A stretch of 64,000 nucleotides of DNA from Veleropilina oligotropha (taxonomy: Eukaryota), in NCBI GenBank assembly GCA_048128005.1, contig JBEUKZ010000123.1:372001-436000 (forward strand). The letters are read 5' to 3'. Below are positions 13,858 through 26,479 of this stretch, piece after piece. Both the position numbers and the translations under genes were made by a program. How positions within the stretch are numbered: the stretch's first letter is position 1; each line of letters begins with the position of its first letter. Below the pieces are notes generated by a model. That model saw only the letters and a program-made list of their open reading frames with translations. It was not told where the DNA came from and ran no database searches.

Positions 13858-14718
13858 GAAACGTCCACTGCTAATCACAAGGCCGAAACGTCCACTGCTA
13901 ATCACAAGGCCGAAACGTCCACTGCTAATCACAAGGCCGAAACGTCCACTGCTAATCACAAGGCCGAAACGTCCACTGCTAATCACAAGGCCGAAACGTC
14001 CACTGCTAATCACAAGGCCGAAACGTCCACTGCTAATCACAAGGCCGAAACGTCCACTGCTAATCACAAGGCCGAAACGTCCATCACAAGGCCGAAACGT
14101 CCACTGCTAATCACAAGGCCGAAACGTCCACTGCTAATCACAAGGCCGAAACGTCCACTGCTAATCACAAGGCCGAAACGTCCACTGCTAATCACAAGGC
14201 CGAAACGTCCACTGCTAATCACAAGGCCGAAACGTCCACTGCTAATCACAAGGCCGAAACGTCCACTGCTAATCACAAGGCCGAAACGTCCACTGCTAAT
14301 CACAAGGCCGAAACGTCCACTGCTAATCACAAGGCCGAAACGTCCACTGCTAATCACAAGGCCGAAACGTCCACTGCTAATCACAAGGCCGAAACGTCCA
14401 CTGCTAATCACAAGGCCGAAACGTCCACTGCTAATCACAAGGCCGAAACGTCCACTGCTAATCACAAGGCCGAAACGTCCACTGCTAATCACAAGGCCGA
14501 AACGTCCACTGCTAATCACAAGGCCGAAACGTCCACTGCTAATCACAAGGCCGAAACGTCCACTGCTAATCACAAGGCCGAAACGTCCACTGCTAATCAC
14601 AAGGCCGAAACGTCCACTGCTAATCACAAGGCCGAAACGTCCACTGCTAATCACAAGGCCGAAACGTCCACTGCTAATCACAAGGCCGAAACGTCCACTG
14701 CTAATCACAAGGCCGAAA
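13858..14718. repeat. 27-bp tandem array (GAAACGTCCACTGCTAATCACAAGGCC), ~32 units
   Basis: Units are identical except one with a 7-bp deletion near 14083; no spacers. Confidence 0.97.
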
Positions 14719-17259
14719 TAAAAGATAAAACGAAAAAAAATGTGACAACACCCACTAGCGAACAATTCAAAAAGTACTTCCAGGATTTATTCGGAGAAGC
14801 TCCAGGTACTCTTCAAGAACAAACCACTCAAATTATCAATGAAGCAAACAATGAATTTACTACCAATTTGAGGGAAATTGACGCCCTTGATAAGCCAATA
14901 ACAGAATCAGAAATTATATCCACAATAAGTAAATTGAAAAGTAATAAGGGTTCTGGAGCGGATAATCTTGTTGCTGAAATGTTCGTTGAAGTAATTGATA
15001 ACATCATACCTATTTTAGAAAAACTATTCAATATTTTGCTCCAAAGAGGTGTCTTTCCAAAGTCCTGGTCAACAGGGATAATAGTACCTATTCCCAAGAC
15101 AGGAGACTTGTCTGATCCAGGCAATTTTCGGGCCATATGCATTTCAAGCGTGTTTGGCAAAATATTTTCTAGCATCATTAACAACAGGTTGCTTGTGTGG
15201 GCAGAAGCAAATAGTAAGCTTAACGCTAATCAATTTGGGTTCAGGCCCAATCGTAGTACAACTGATTGCGTATTCATCTTACAAAGTATTATAGAGGACA
15301 CTCTGGCAAAGAAACAGGATCTTTTCTGTGCGTTCGTTGATTTTCAAAAAGCATTTGATAAAGTTAATAGAGACATCTTATATTACAAACTATGGAACAT
15401 AGGTGTTAGCACAAAAATACTAAAACTGGTAAAATGCATGTATTCAAGTGTTGAGCTGTGTGTAAAATATGACCACAGTGTATCAGAAACATTCATGAGC
15501 TACCAAGGTGTAAAGCAAGGAGAACCCATGTCCCCATTACTATTTCTATTTTTCATAAACGATTTTATGGCCAACTATATCCCCAACGAGCCCAATGATT
15601 TGATAACTATAGAAACCATTATACTATTTTCATTACTGTTTGCCGATGACGCAGCCTTGTTTGCGAAATCCAAACAAGAACTTCAAAATCAATTGGATCA
15701 CCTTGGCCAATACTGTAAAAAATGGAATATCATTGTCAATAATAACAAAACTAAAATCGTTATTTTTACCAAGAAACGGCGCCCAGTTAATTTCGAATTT
15801 AAATATAACGGTAATATTATAGAACAAATGGACTCATTTACATATCTTGGTGTAAATCTACATAAAAGTGGAAATTGTAAATATGCACAAATCAAACAGG
15901 CAAAGCAAGGAGGACGGGCACTAGGGGGGCTAACGCAAATATTAAACACTTATGATTTTACAATTAACACTCAATTAAATATGTTTGATACTCTGGTTAC
16001 ACCTGTACTGACATATGGGGCCGAAGTTTGGGGCTTCCAGAAAGGTGACGCTGTTGAAAGGGTGCACTTAAAGTTTTGTCGGAGAATATTACAAGTACCT
16101 CTGAGGGCAAGTAACAATTTTATGTATGGAGAATTGAACAGAGTGAGCATGTCGATTAAATGGAAGGAAAAAATTCTAAGATACTGGGTAAAAATAATTT
16201 CAGATGCAAATACCTTAATCTTTCATACTTACAATCATATGAGACTTGAATGCGAAAGAACCGATAGACGGAATTGGGCATCTAACATACGAGATCTCTT
16301 ATTTGAACTAGGACTAAACAATTACTGGTGTTCGCAAGATTTATCACATATATCCGTACCTCTAATGATTCAGCGATTACATGACCAATATCAACAATGT
16401 TGGCACAGCTCCGTTCTCTTAACATCGAAACTAAACTTTTACGTTAAGTATAAAATCACCATGAATACAGCGACATATCTTTCATTGAGTAACCGTAATT
16501 CAAGAAGATACATTGCTCTTATACGAAGTGGTACTTGTAAAATAGAAATTGAAAATGGACGAATGCAAGGAACGATCAGAGAACATCGACTGTGCCAACA
16601 GTGTAATCAGCGTATGGTAGAGGACGAATATCACTTTGTGTTGGTGTGTTCAAAGTATAGAGATCTTAGATTAAAACACCTGCCCAAATATTATACCAAA
16701 TGGCCAACTCTACAGAAATTTGTAAATCTAATGTCATCTGACTCTTTACGAACGCAATCTATGCTTGGCATATATCTAAAGCAAGCACTTATGTTACGAA
16801 ACAATATATAAAAATTTAACCAAGAACCTAAATATGATAAGAGTTTCAGTTTGCGTTACGTTAATATTTTATGCGTGTCGTAATATTGTCGATATGTACA
16901 ATAAATATGTATCTGCTGACTAAGCAATGCAAGTAAATATAATAGATCTTCATTTATTCGATGTATGTATATATGTAAAATAATTCAATTATGTAATTAT
17001 TATGTATAAAACATACAATTGCGTATTTTGTATATATACTATATATTTATATAAATAGAAGCAATATTCCTTCATATATAGAAATATAGATAAATAAACA
17101 CAGCGACTTTGTGTATTTAATAAAATTACACCTGTAATGGTTATTGTACCTGTCTGCAATCTATAATATGTATTTTTGATACGCTAAAAACACGTTCGTG
17201 TTTAAAGCACTAATAAATTGAATTGAATTGAATTGAATTGAATTGAATTGAATTGAATT
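14719..17259 (+). mobile_element. 5'-truncated non-LTR retrotransposon (tentatively RTEX-like)
   Basis: RT ORF, AT-rich 3' UTR, AATAAA immediately followed by a (TTGAA)n tail (~17212-17262); no endonuclease domain at the 5' end. Confidence 0.88.
14742..16811 (+). CDS. LINE ORF2 reverse transcriptase (N-terminally truncated, uninterrupted)
   Basis: Motifs NFRAICI, QFGFR, FVDFQKAFD, GVKQGEPMSPLLF, LLFADD, YLGV; C-terminal CxxC...EDEYHF...C zinc knuckle. Confidence 0.92.
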   Translation: MTTPTSEQFKKYFQDLFGEAPGTLQEQTTQIINEANNEFTTNLREIDALDKPITESEIISTISKLKSNKGSGADNLVAEMFVEVIDNIIPILEKLFNILLQRGVFPKSWSTGIIVPIPKTGDLSDPGNFRAICISSVFGKIFSSIINNRLLVWAEANSKLNANQFGFRPNRSTTDCVFILQSIIEDTLAKKQDLFCAFVDFQKAFDKVNRDILYYKLWNIGVSTKILKLVKCMYSSVELCVKYDHSVSETFMSYQGVKQGEPMSPLLFLFFINDFMANYIPNEPNDLITIETIILFSLLFADDAALFAKSKQELQNQLDHLGQYCKKWNIIVNNNKTKIVIFTKKRRPVNFEFKYNGNIIEQMDSFTYLGVNLHKSGNCKYAQIKQAKQGGRALGGLTQILNTYDFTINTQLNMFDTLVTPVLTYGAEVWGFQKGDAVERVHLKFCRRILQVPLRASNNFMYGELNRVSMSIKWKEKILRYWVKIISDANTLIFHTYNHMRLECERTDRRNWASNIRDLLFELGLNNYWCSQDLSHISVPLMIQRLHDQYQQCWHSSVLLTSKLNFYVKYKITMNTATYLSLSNRNSRRYIALIRSGTCKIEIENGRMQGTIREHRLCQQCNQRMVEDEYHFVLVCSKYRDLRLKHLPKYYTKWPTLQKFVNLMSSDSLRTQSMLGIYLKQALMLRNNI

Positions 17260-17557
17260 GAAACGTCCACTGCTAATCACAAGGCCGAAACGTCCACTGC
17301 TAATCACAAGGCCGAAACGTCCACTGCTAATCACAAGGCCGAAACGTCCACTGCTAATCACAAGGCCGAAACGTCCACTGCTAATCACAAGGCCGAAACG
17401 TCCACTGCTAATCACAAGGCCGAAACGTCCACTGCTAATCACAAGGCCGAAACGTCCACTGCTAATCACAAGGCCGAAACGTCCACTGCTAATCACAAGG
17501 CCGAAACGTCCACTGCTAATCACAAGGCCGAAACGTCCACTGCTAATCACAGCCGAA
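17260..17557. repeat. 27-bp tandem array, ~11 units (same unit as 13858-14718)
   Basis: 10 exact units plus a terminal variant ending CACAGCCGAA. Confidence 0.97.
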
Positions 17558-18147
17558 GACCTCCGTTAAATCAACAGACGCAATGAACGCAGTTTATCCC
17601 GGAGTTGACTCACAGCAAATATCGGGCTGATATAAAGTCGCAGTGTGCACATACCTTTGTATTATATGCATACGATCAGCTAACAATTGCAATCTAGCGA
17701 TAACAATAACCCAAATTATCGCCTTTAAAACGATGTTGTGAACAGTGACAATCATTGCATTTCTCATAGCTTGAATACCGGCCCCTTCTCTTCATCCCCC
17801 TCTAACCAGGTCATTATTTACCTCTCCCCGCTCTCACTATCCAACTATCCTCCACTCTTTCTATCCCCCATCTCTCTACCCTCACGTTTCCACCCCATCT
17901 CTCCCCACCCCAATCATTTCTCCCTCCCCCTCACCTCTCTATCTCCCATCCCCACTCTATTACCTCAATCCATCTCTCATCCCCACTCTCTTACCTCAAT
18001 CCATTTCCCCATCGTTGTTTTAGTTTAAAGATACGCCTCTCGTCATAATGAAAACTATAATGTTTTCTAAATATTTTTAATGTTGCTTAAAATCGATTTT
18101 AAAGTTTGACAGCTTGAAAATCGATATTTAGATTGAAATATTGAATA

Positions 18148-18750
18148 TGATGATGTTCGTCCCTCGCTGGGGAAGATGACCACGACTTCTGTTATCACTG
18201 GTTGTATGTGCGAAGATGGCTGGCCAGTCCAATCCTGGCTCTGAACAGCCTGTTGCAATGAGGGCAAGCGGTTGTCGAGTGCGAGCCAGGCTGAGGGGTG
18301 GCACTCGCTCTGCTTTTCCGCTGCTGACGTTTCTGCTTCTGCTTCTGCTTCTCCATGCGCCCTGCTTCATAGTTCGTCACTCCATAATTGATCAGGGTGC
18401 GCCAGGCGGTGCGGTCTTCTTCCCACGAGTGGCCGCTTCTACAGCTGTGTGGTTTCGATTGTAGACTCCGAAAACTCACTGACTTGATTCCGCTGACGCG
18501 AACAGTAGTGCATGGGTTCTAACCATCAATCCGTTCCTTCTTCCCACGAATTTGAATCGATGCCACAACACTTCATGTGTGTCCTTGTATCACTTCGTTT
18601 TTCCCATGAGAGCGCTTGACTTCCTTTAGCTAGCTGTAAAATATTTTCTACGGCACACACTTGTCGGGCATGCGGCGCACACGACCTGTCCACCCGAGTT
18701 CAGAACGTTTGAGAATTACTTGAATGCTGTCCATCTCCGACCACTGGAGT
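18148..18750 (-). mobile_element. RTE-clade LINE 3' fragment (degenerate)
   Basis: ORF 18195-18479: WE..DRTAWR..I..G...CPHCNRLFRARIGLASHLRT (C2H2-like RTE C-terminus); short 3' UTR ending GGACGAACATCATCAT. Confidence 0.8.
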
Positions 18751-20093
18751 TGGTTCTGATTAACAGGATTGGGTTCGAATCAATTGTAAGTGATCAATCA
18801 ATTGTAAATGAATGATCTAAATGTCGCTCAGGTATCAGGAAATTGTTTTTGCGATGCATATATATTTTATGCATAATAATATTATTAATTGTAAAACTTT
18901 TTCATACAAAATAAAAAAATATTATAACCGGTACTCAAAACTTTCTGGGCACTTCCGTGTATCGTGTCTGATAACCGATGCGATATTTGAACTCGTAACA
19001 TCGGAACTAGAGCTCACAATTCAAGTTGATTTGTGGTACGATATAAACCACTCGAATACCGTATGGTCATCTAAATCATTAAAATGTGTGGAAATTAAAT
19101 ATGAGCGTAGGAAATAGGGTTATGGATCGCCCATGGGTTTAATTGAAAGATTATTCCATTATATAGGCTACGGGAAACCGCATATGTAGGCCTATATCTT
19201 TGTAGATGTTAAAAATTTGCTAATGTTATGAACTTCATTATCGTTGCCATCATAATGAGTGGGTCTCAATCATATCAATGAAGAGGGCAGTGGATATCGG
19301 TTGTTTTACTTATAGTCGACCAGAACTAGACAGTCAACTCTCAATTAACGCATTCAAGCTTGAGTCTTTACTTACGATAAACTAAACTTGGTCTATCGTA
19401 AGCCTTGATCAGATAACCGGATACATTCAAGCTGATCGTAATCATCACAGAAACCATACCGAGTCTTTATCGAATTTCCATGAAATTTTGTGGAGAGAGT
19501 CGCCGACTCTCTCCACAAAATGTCATGGAAATTCGTTTTCAGTATTTGGGCATATTTGGGACATCTCGAAGCAGTACAACAGACAGTCATACCAGCAGGT
19601 GAACCCGGTGACCCCCCCCCCCTCCATTGATACAATTAGGTTTTAGTTTGAATCAGTGCTAAAGGTACCGTTTCCTAACATCTTTCAGTGTCATATCTGG
19701 ACATGTTATTAGAAAATACCCTATCAAATTATCAATTAACAGTTTGTATGCTTCAAAATAAAGTAGCAATTTAAAACCATAATTGAGTATACTAGCTATT
19801 CTTTACCTAGTTTAATAAATTATATATACGTCCTCCGGACGGTGAAATATTTGCTTCATCTTGCTCGTTCAACTTTAATATTTAGCTAACATTAGGTTGC
19901 GTTAGCTAACGCTGGGAGTAATTGAACTGACCCTTGCACCCAGTGAACCCAGAATGGACACTCCCCTATTCTGGATGAATAAGATACAAAATGTAAAATC
20001 TAAAGTTCTCTATTTTTTCCTTTCGGCATTGTCGTCAATTTGACACCAAGATGGGAAAGATCAGTATCTTGGTGATGGGGAAACCCGGCTTAA

Positions 20094-23000
20094 AGGGGCA
20101 CCACACATTCTGTATTCCTCCCAGGGAAACTAATTGGCGATAACAATAGGCATTCTTGACTGGTCACTGATTGGTCAGCTGCATTAGTAACATCAAGACC
20201 AGCAGAGAGGTGTGAATACACCGTAAGTTCTGCTAATTGAATTAAGATCAACGTTGGTAAACAATGTGGCGTTTTCTGCAATCTATTACAAAACAAACAA
20301 CAAATTGTCCACAAGTGTAATGCCTGTAAATTTGACGTTCTATGTAAGCTGACTAGATCAATCAGTGCTTGATGCTTTAATACAATATGTCGAGAGAAGA
20401 AGAGGACGTCATCTTGAATTACACTTTACACAAAAGAGCCAAAAGGTTTTCTCAATTGTTGTACAGCAATTACTTATATTAATGTAGACTAGACTAGTTG
20501 TTTCAGCAATCAATTTAAAGGAGCGAAAATGGCATAATGAATATTTGTGGGTGTGGTGTAGCTCAAGATGTATTTAAATTTTATACTATACACCCACTTC
20601 TTTTACCTATTGTGTCATAATAATACTTTTTAAATTTGTTAGTCTTTTACATTTGTAATCTGATTTTATAACATATTGCATTTATGATCATTTTACACTC
20701 AGAGACAGATACGGCTCGATAACTTATATTGTAACTTTATCTTTCGGTTTTAATTAATTTATATCAACTATTTTATTTATATTGAATTCAACTATTGTAA
20801 ATTGTATTGCATAATTTTATCTTAATATATTTGTTTTAGTAATCATCTTTTATGTACAGAGCATTGAGAAATTATTTTATATGCGCTTTTAAGAAGAAAT
20901 ATATTATTATTATTTAAAAAACTAGCAATGGTACCCGTCTTCGCCGGGTAAGTCCCCCCAGCCCAATTTTTTTTTTTTTTTTTTTGGATAGTGCTCCCTT
21001 TTTTTTTTTTTTTTTTTTCTCGATTATATTAAAAATGATAGTAAATTTTTTTTTTGTTCGCGAATTTTCCGAATTTTTTTCGTGGTAAACCTTCCTTGGG
21101 GGACCCCGATTAACCCCCCAAAGTTTGAAGGTCCTAGGTCAAAGCGTCTGGGAGGAGTTCAACTTGAAACAGACAGACAGACAGACAGACACACATACAA
21201 TTATAGCTCCATTATATTAAGATATATTAAGATTACTGCAATCAGGGGCAATTTTATCATAACAATTGAACAAGTTTGAGAGAGATTCCCTGGTTTTACT
21301 AATGCACACTGGGTGTAGAATATGATAAATTAAGATATATGAACACAGAGATAGCTCTAATATTTATGATAAGATTGTATTGCTGCATAATGTGTCGCAA
21401 CCGTTATAGGTAAATAAATCTGTGATAGCTTTTCTTTGTTCTTTTGTTACAGTCAAAATGAAATCTGATCCAATTCACCCATATTGCTCAACTGGCGGTT
21501 TTGTATCAAAACTGTATACAGTAATGTAAATGAATCTTTAGCCAAACTAGTTGTTTATCTAGATGTTCGATAACAAAATCATTGTTGCCAGCCAGCATTC
21601 TTTAACATTTCATAACTGTTGATAGACAAATTCGAAGAGGTGCTTGTAAATTCGCAATAGAAGAGGGTAGATTTCATGGAGTGATCAGAACAAACAGATT
21701 ATCACAAAATCGTAAAATAAATGTAATAGATGCTGAATGCCGCTTTATCATTTCATGCCCAAAATTACCACTAAAATATTACATAGATGACCATCAATCC
21801 AAAAATGCACAATAATAAACACAGACTTAAAAAAACTTTACCAAATCTAAGACTTTAGATAAAGCATAAAAAATGTAAAATCATAAACGCATATAATGGT
21901 GATATGTCATGGCTTCGAATATGTAACAGTTTTAAAGATGAATAAATTTAATTGATTGCAAAGTTAGTAATCATTTAACATTTAATTAATAAATCTCCAA
22001 TGACACTGACATTATTTATTTTACCAAAGTTCATCATAATTTGACTATCAAAATGTGGTAATTTGTTGATGTATATTAATCCCAGGTAGCATGATTGACC
22101 GTTCACACATTATAAAACCACACAGTTTAAGTCTATTTCTTTGACGATTACCATAGTTCATTTGTAAGCAATAAATTATTAGTTTATTTAGACGGATTTT
22201 GAGCTATACAAAGGCTCATTACGCAATTGTGACTCATTTACATAACACTGCTGAAACAGATGGTCTTCATAAAGTAATTGCTATACAAACTACAATTGAG
22301 AAGACATACGGCTGCTTTACATGTGCACAATGCGCCATGTGAACATCGCAGACAGAAATGTTTTGACTGTGTGCATTGAGGGAAATGGTCTTTTGATACG
22401 CAAATCTAAGGTACTCCACATGTTTTTAAAACGCCATATAATTTTTTGTTTATTTAAACATGATATGGCTGTGCAACACCTGTCGGAATAATACATTTGT
22501 AAGAATATTCTTTTCAAAACACGACCTTATATAATCTATAGTGCGTACTTCTATATTTTATTATTTGCAAGACCTTCGATTTGACATAATGACATCCTCT
22601 TCTGCTCCGGAACACCACCTGTTTCTACTAAAAAGTATACAACAAAACGATTAACGGATGGTTCTGTGAAATCGTATGCCTATTCTTGCAAACAGCAAAT
22701 ACGGAAAACAATAGATTGCACATTTTCCAGCATGAGTGACAAAGATGCGTTTGAGGCAAAATTAGTTGTTTGTAATACATGTATATGAATATTGTATAGG
22801 TAAATGTGAATAAAATTATCTAAAACTTCGTGTCTCCTGTCATAATTTCATATTCATATGTAAGCGTATACATATTATATGATTGCTGAAACATGTGGTC
22901 TTCACTATGATTTTTTTAGCTTGGATCAATGTTTACTGTCTCATTTTGTGTAATGTTTAATTCAAGATTACCCCATTTTCTGCTTCTGAACTATTGACAT

Positions 23001-24216
23001 TTTGTATAAAAGCATTGATTGATTGATTGATTGATTTTATTTAGCTAAGATCAAAGCATGGATGACACAGAAAGCGCAATGCTTATTTCCACTGTGGTCC
23101 AGAAATACATATAATAAACAACAACAACATTTACATACAATCGCAATGATACAAGCATAATACAAGCAATATATTCAAAATAATAGTACAAAAGAGATTT
23201 TATATTTTGCATGTTGACATTTTAATTGCTATTGGTGGCATGAAATTCATTTTGTAAGTGGATTTTGATTTTGTGCTTAAATGAGGCAGTGGACGTACAA
23301 TTTTGAATATTGTGTGGAACAGAATTCCATGCATGGTAAGCTGTGTAATAGAATGACTTTTGACCTGCTCCGAGATGTCTGCGTATATGCAGCGATGATT
23401 GACTGTGGCGAGTAAAATGATTATGAATTGAAGAAGTGGGGACTGCATCTATAGTGAGATATGATGGAGCTGCACCGGATGTGATTTTGTACATATGAAC
23501 TAGCTTTATGTACTTTACTCGATATTCAACAGGAAGCCAGCCTACTTTAGAAAATTCATATGGACCTACATGCGACCTCTGGTCAAGATTTAAAATAAAG
23601 CGAATGACTTTATTTTGGCAGGTTTGTAGACGATGCATAGACATTTTGGGTAAACCGCTATACCAATATGAACAAGCATAATCAAAGTGACACAGAATCA
23701 GTGCAGAAGCTAATAATTTGCGGGACTGTGTGTCTAGATGGTCCTTGTTTCTATATAAGAATTTAAGCCTTGATATTGTCATTGAGATTACTTTATCAGC
23801 CATGATCTTGCCCGAAAGTGATTGGTCCAGAGTGGCACCAAGGTATTTTATGCTTTTAGTTTCTGATATTTTGTTGCCGTTACAATGAATATTCAGTGTG
23901 TTCTGTTTAGTAAGTCTTGGCTTTGTACCAAAAAGGATTGATTCGGTCTTGCCAAAATGAATGGAGAGCTTATTGTCGACCAGCCATTGGTATATCGATT
24001 CTAATTCCCTGCTAAGCGTTGTCTGAATGTTGTCTGGGCAGCCTGTTGTTTACTTTGCAATAATTGCAGAAAACAGCACATTGTTTAATCCTAATTCAAT
24101 TAGCAGAACATACGGTGTATTCACACCTCTGCTGGTCTTGCTCTGACCCATGCTGCTGACCAATCAATGGCCTGTCAAGAATTCCCTGGGAGGAATGCAG
24201 AAAGTGTGGTGCCCCT
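20094..24216. mobile_element. Kolobok-like DNA transposon relic with long TIRs
   Basis: TTAA|AGGGGCACCACAC ... GTGTGGTGCCCCT|TTAA; ~180-210 bp imperfect inverted repeats (20094-~20302 vs ~24043-24216); AG..CT ends with TTAA TSD are Kolobok hallmarks. Confidence 0.6.
23014..24040 (-). mobile_element. CR1/L2-group LINE 3' fragment
   Basis: ORF 23222-23803 (LASALILCHFDYACSYW, LQTCQNKVIR, AWNSVP..I..C.S..SFK) preceded by KTESILFG/YLGATLD motifs; AATAAA + (ATCA)n tail at 23014-23042. Confidence 0.85.
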
Positions 24217-24854
24217 TTAAAGAAACACCAACTGCATATTTATATATAAGATGTTAACACTTTTGAGGTGCTTGATCTTGCCTACGATCTCTTGAAATGA
24301 GTCGGTGGGCACAAACACACCTTTTGGGCACGTGCCCCCCCCCCCCCCCCCCTGGACACGCTACTGTTGATATTTGCGAACCTGCTGTCAGGTATACAAC
24401 TGATAGTCAACGTATCGACAGACCGAACTTAATTGTGCTGGGCTGAAATCAATAAGCACGAATTATACAGGACCGAGTTGTTTAACGCGCGACTCTTCTG
24501 CTCCCGAAATAGCACAATTTTTGACCCGGAAATCGGATCCAATAAGCTACTAACACGTCAACAAAGTAAGTTTATCTGACATACACATACTTTACATTTA
24601 TAAAAATAGATTCAGTGATTAATATTGCTTGCATCAGTCTTTAGCGCATATATAAGCGAACCATAAATATCAAAATCTATTGATTTTCTCCTGTCAAGAC
24701 TAATATTCTGGGCATCAATTATCAGATTATCATCTGTATTTTGACTGTGATTATTTCCTTATTTCTAGTTGGGCACAGTACCACATTTATTATACAATAC
24801 TTTAAATTGTTACGTTCATTCATTTGTATATTATCGTTTAGTACACCAACAAAC

Positions 24855-24918
24855 ATGGAATGTAAAGGAAAGAGGATTTTTGTGATTCTTGTGGCATTGG
24901 CAGTGGATTTATGTAGTG
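24855..24918 (+). CDS. SARAF: SARAF/TMEM66 coding exon 1 (signal peptide)
   Basis: ATG 24855, MECKGKRIFVILVALAVDLCS, G|GTAAGT donor; probable upstream non-coding exon ends at a GTAAGT near 24566. Confidence 0.75.
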
Positions 24919-25871
24919 GTAAGTCTTATATCATGTAACTTGACAAATTGTCAATAAAATTACGAGTCACGGATGACTGTATTTAGTGAAATAATTTCAC
25001 CCTTGATTCGTTTATTTTGCAATTTAACGATTCTTCCATATATCCTCATGACCGAGAGTTATTTTAGGCCTACACACACTTTGCATACATGATATGAATG
25101 TTACCTAGCTATATATATGGACATTACTATGAATATATGCTATGGTCATTAGGGTAATGTATCAGGATAAGCAGGGATATAGCTAACCCTATAACTGAGG
25201 CCCCTTAAAGTTTATAAACGGCAAGGGCCCTAGCTAGCTCTTGATCCACAGTAACTGTACACACCTGATTGTGTTCTCAGAATATCATTTATGTAGGCTA
25301 CTTACAAATGTCCAAATAGCTTGGATATGGCACTCAATTCTGCTGATTGGTGCGTTTCGAGATCGAATCTCCCCAGTGGTTCATTCTACCACTTCTATAT
25401 GCTTAATTTACATGTCTAGGGTCGTTCCGGTAATCGTGTGTTCTCGAGTGTGACTCCGAAATCACTGGCTCGGTTTTTCTAATTAACAGGAGTGGGTTTG
25501 AATCTCGATTGTGACAATAGCATTCCTTGCTCAGTTATAGATCGCAGTTGTCCATAACTGGACGGAGACGACGGGTTTCCCCGACGTGGTCGTGAAATAA
25601 ATTGAAGCAACAAATATGAAAGAGCTCCAGATAACATGATGTATGACCAAAAAATATTAATGTGACGGAGTCGCATGGAAAAAACCCTGCACCGGTCAGA
25701 TATGGACAACTGTCACTGTTAATTGATCACAGTGGCCTGCTGAGGACCGATTCGGATAATTCCTGTTCAGAGATGTGAAGCCAGTGATTTGGGAGTCATG
25801 CCCTTATCCACTGCACTAGTGGACAGCCCTTGTTGTACAAATGATTAAATATTCGTTGTTTCCTCATTTAG

Positions 25872-25969
25872 GGAGCTATGGAGATAAGGTCCGGCTGGAG
25901 GATGTCAAGGTGTTGACGCTGCACCACGATCGGATGACGACGGGTCGCCGGTCATCACCGGTGCAGCAG
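25872..25969 (+). CDS. SARAF: SARAF coding exon 2
   Basis: AG/GT bounded; DKVRLEDVKVLTLHHDRMTTGRRSSPVQQ matches the conserved SARAF N-terminus (LRDVKALTL....TT.RR..P..QL). Confidence 0.92.
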
Positions 25970-26479
25970 GTGAGTTGCCAATGCCAATGCCGTCAACCAT
26001 GTCGAGGTTTTTATTATTTAATACAGGCCGCGAAATTTCACGCGAACGAAACGATCGTTCGCGTAGAGGTTACGCAAATTACAAACATGCAGAACGATAA
26101 ATCGGTTACGCAGATTTTATCATATTACATTTCAAATATTCGATATTATTATATATGTTCCTAATGGTAGTTAATATTTCGATAAAATCCGTATTCAATA
26201 ATTGTTTTCGAAGTTCATGAAGTTGTAAACTGTAGCCAAGTTCTTCGGTTTAATAAAGTCGGTCACTTGTCTAGAAAAAGCGACGTTGCATGGCAACGAC
26301 CGTCTGCTTATGGCTAGCAAGTATGCAAATTTGCCTGCCGAAAAAGCCCGAGTAGTTTCCGATTGAGCACAGGTGGCATATATTTCGTTATTCAGATTGC
26401 AGGGCCTATCAAAGTGATATACTATGCCGGAAGCTGTATTGTCAAAATACCTACATCGCTTCCTGTCGACTGTTTGATA

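Noticed and set aside
13858..14718. 27-bp unit as a tandem hammerhead ribozyme (…GGCCGAAACGTC)
   Set aside because: GAAACGTC resembles a minimal hammerhead 3' half, but the core reads CTGCTAA instead of CTGANGA and no stem II forms.
14064..14741. (ETSTANHKA)n repeat fused in frame to the RT
   Set aside because: The frame is stop-free from 14064, but has no start codon, and two of three plus frames of the repeat are open anyway, so it is expected by chance. The RPLLITRPK and ISSGRFGLV ORFs are likewise repeat artefacts.
13858..17557. CRISPR array
   Set aside because: Units are head-to-tail with no spacers, there are no cas genes, and the context is eukaryotic.
17738..18028. Pro/Ser/Leu-rich 96-aa ORF
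   Set aside because: Translation of a low-complexity pyrimidine tract.
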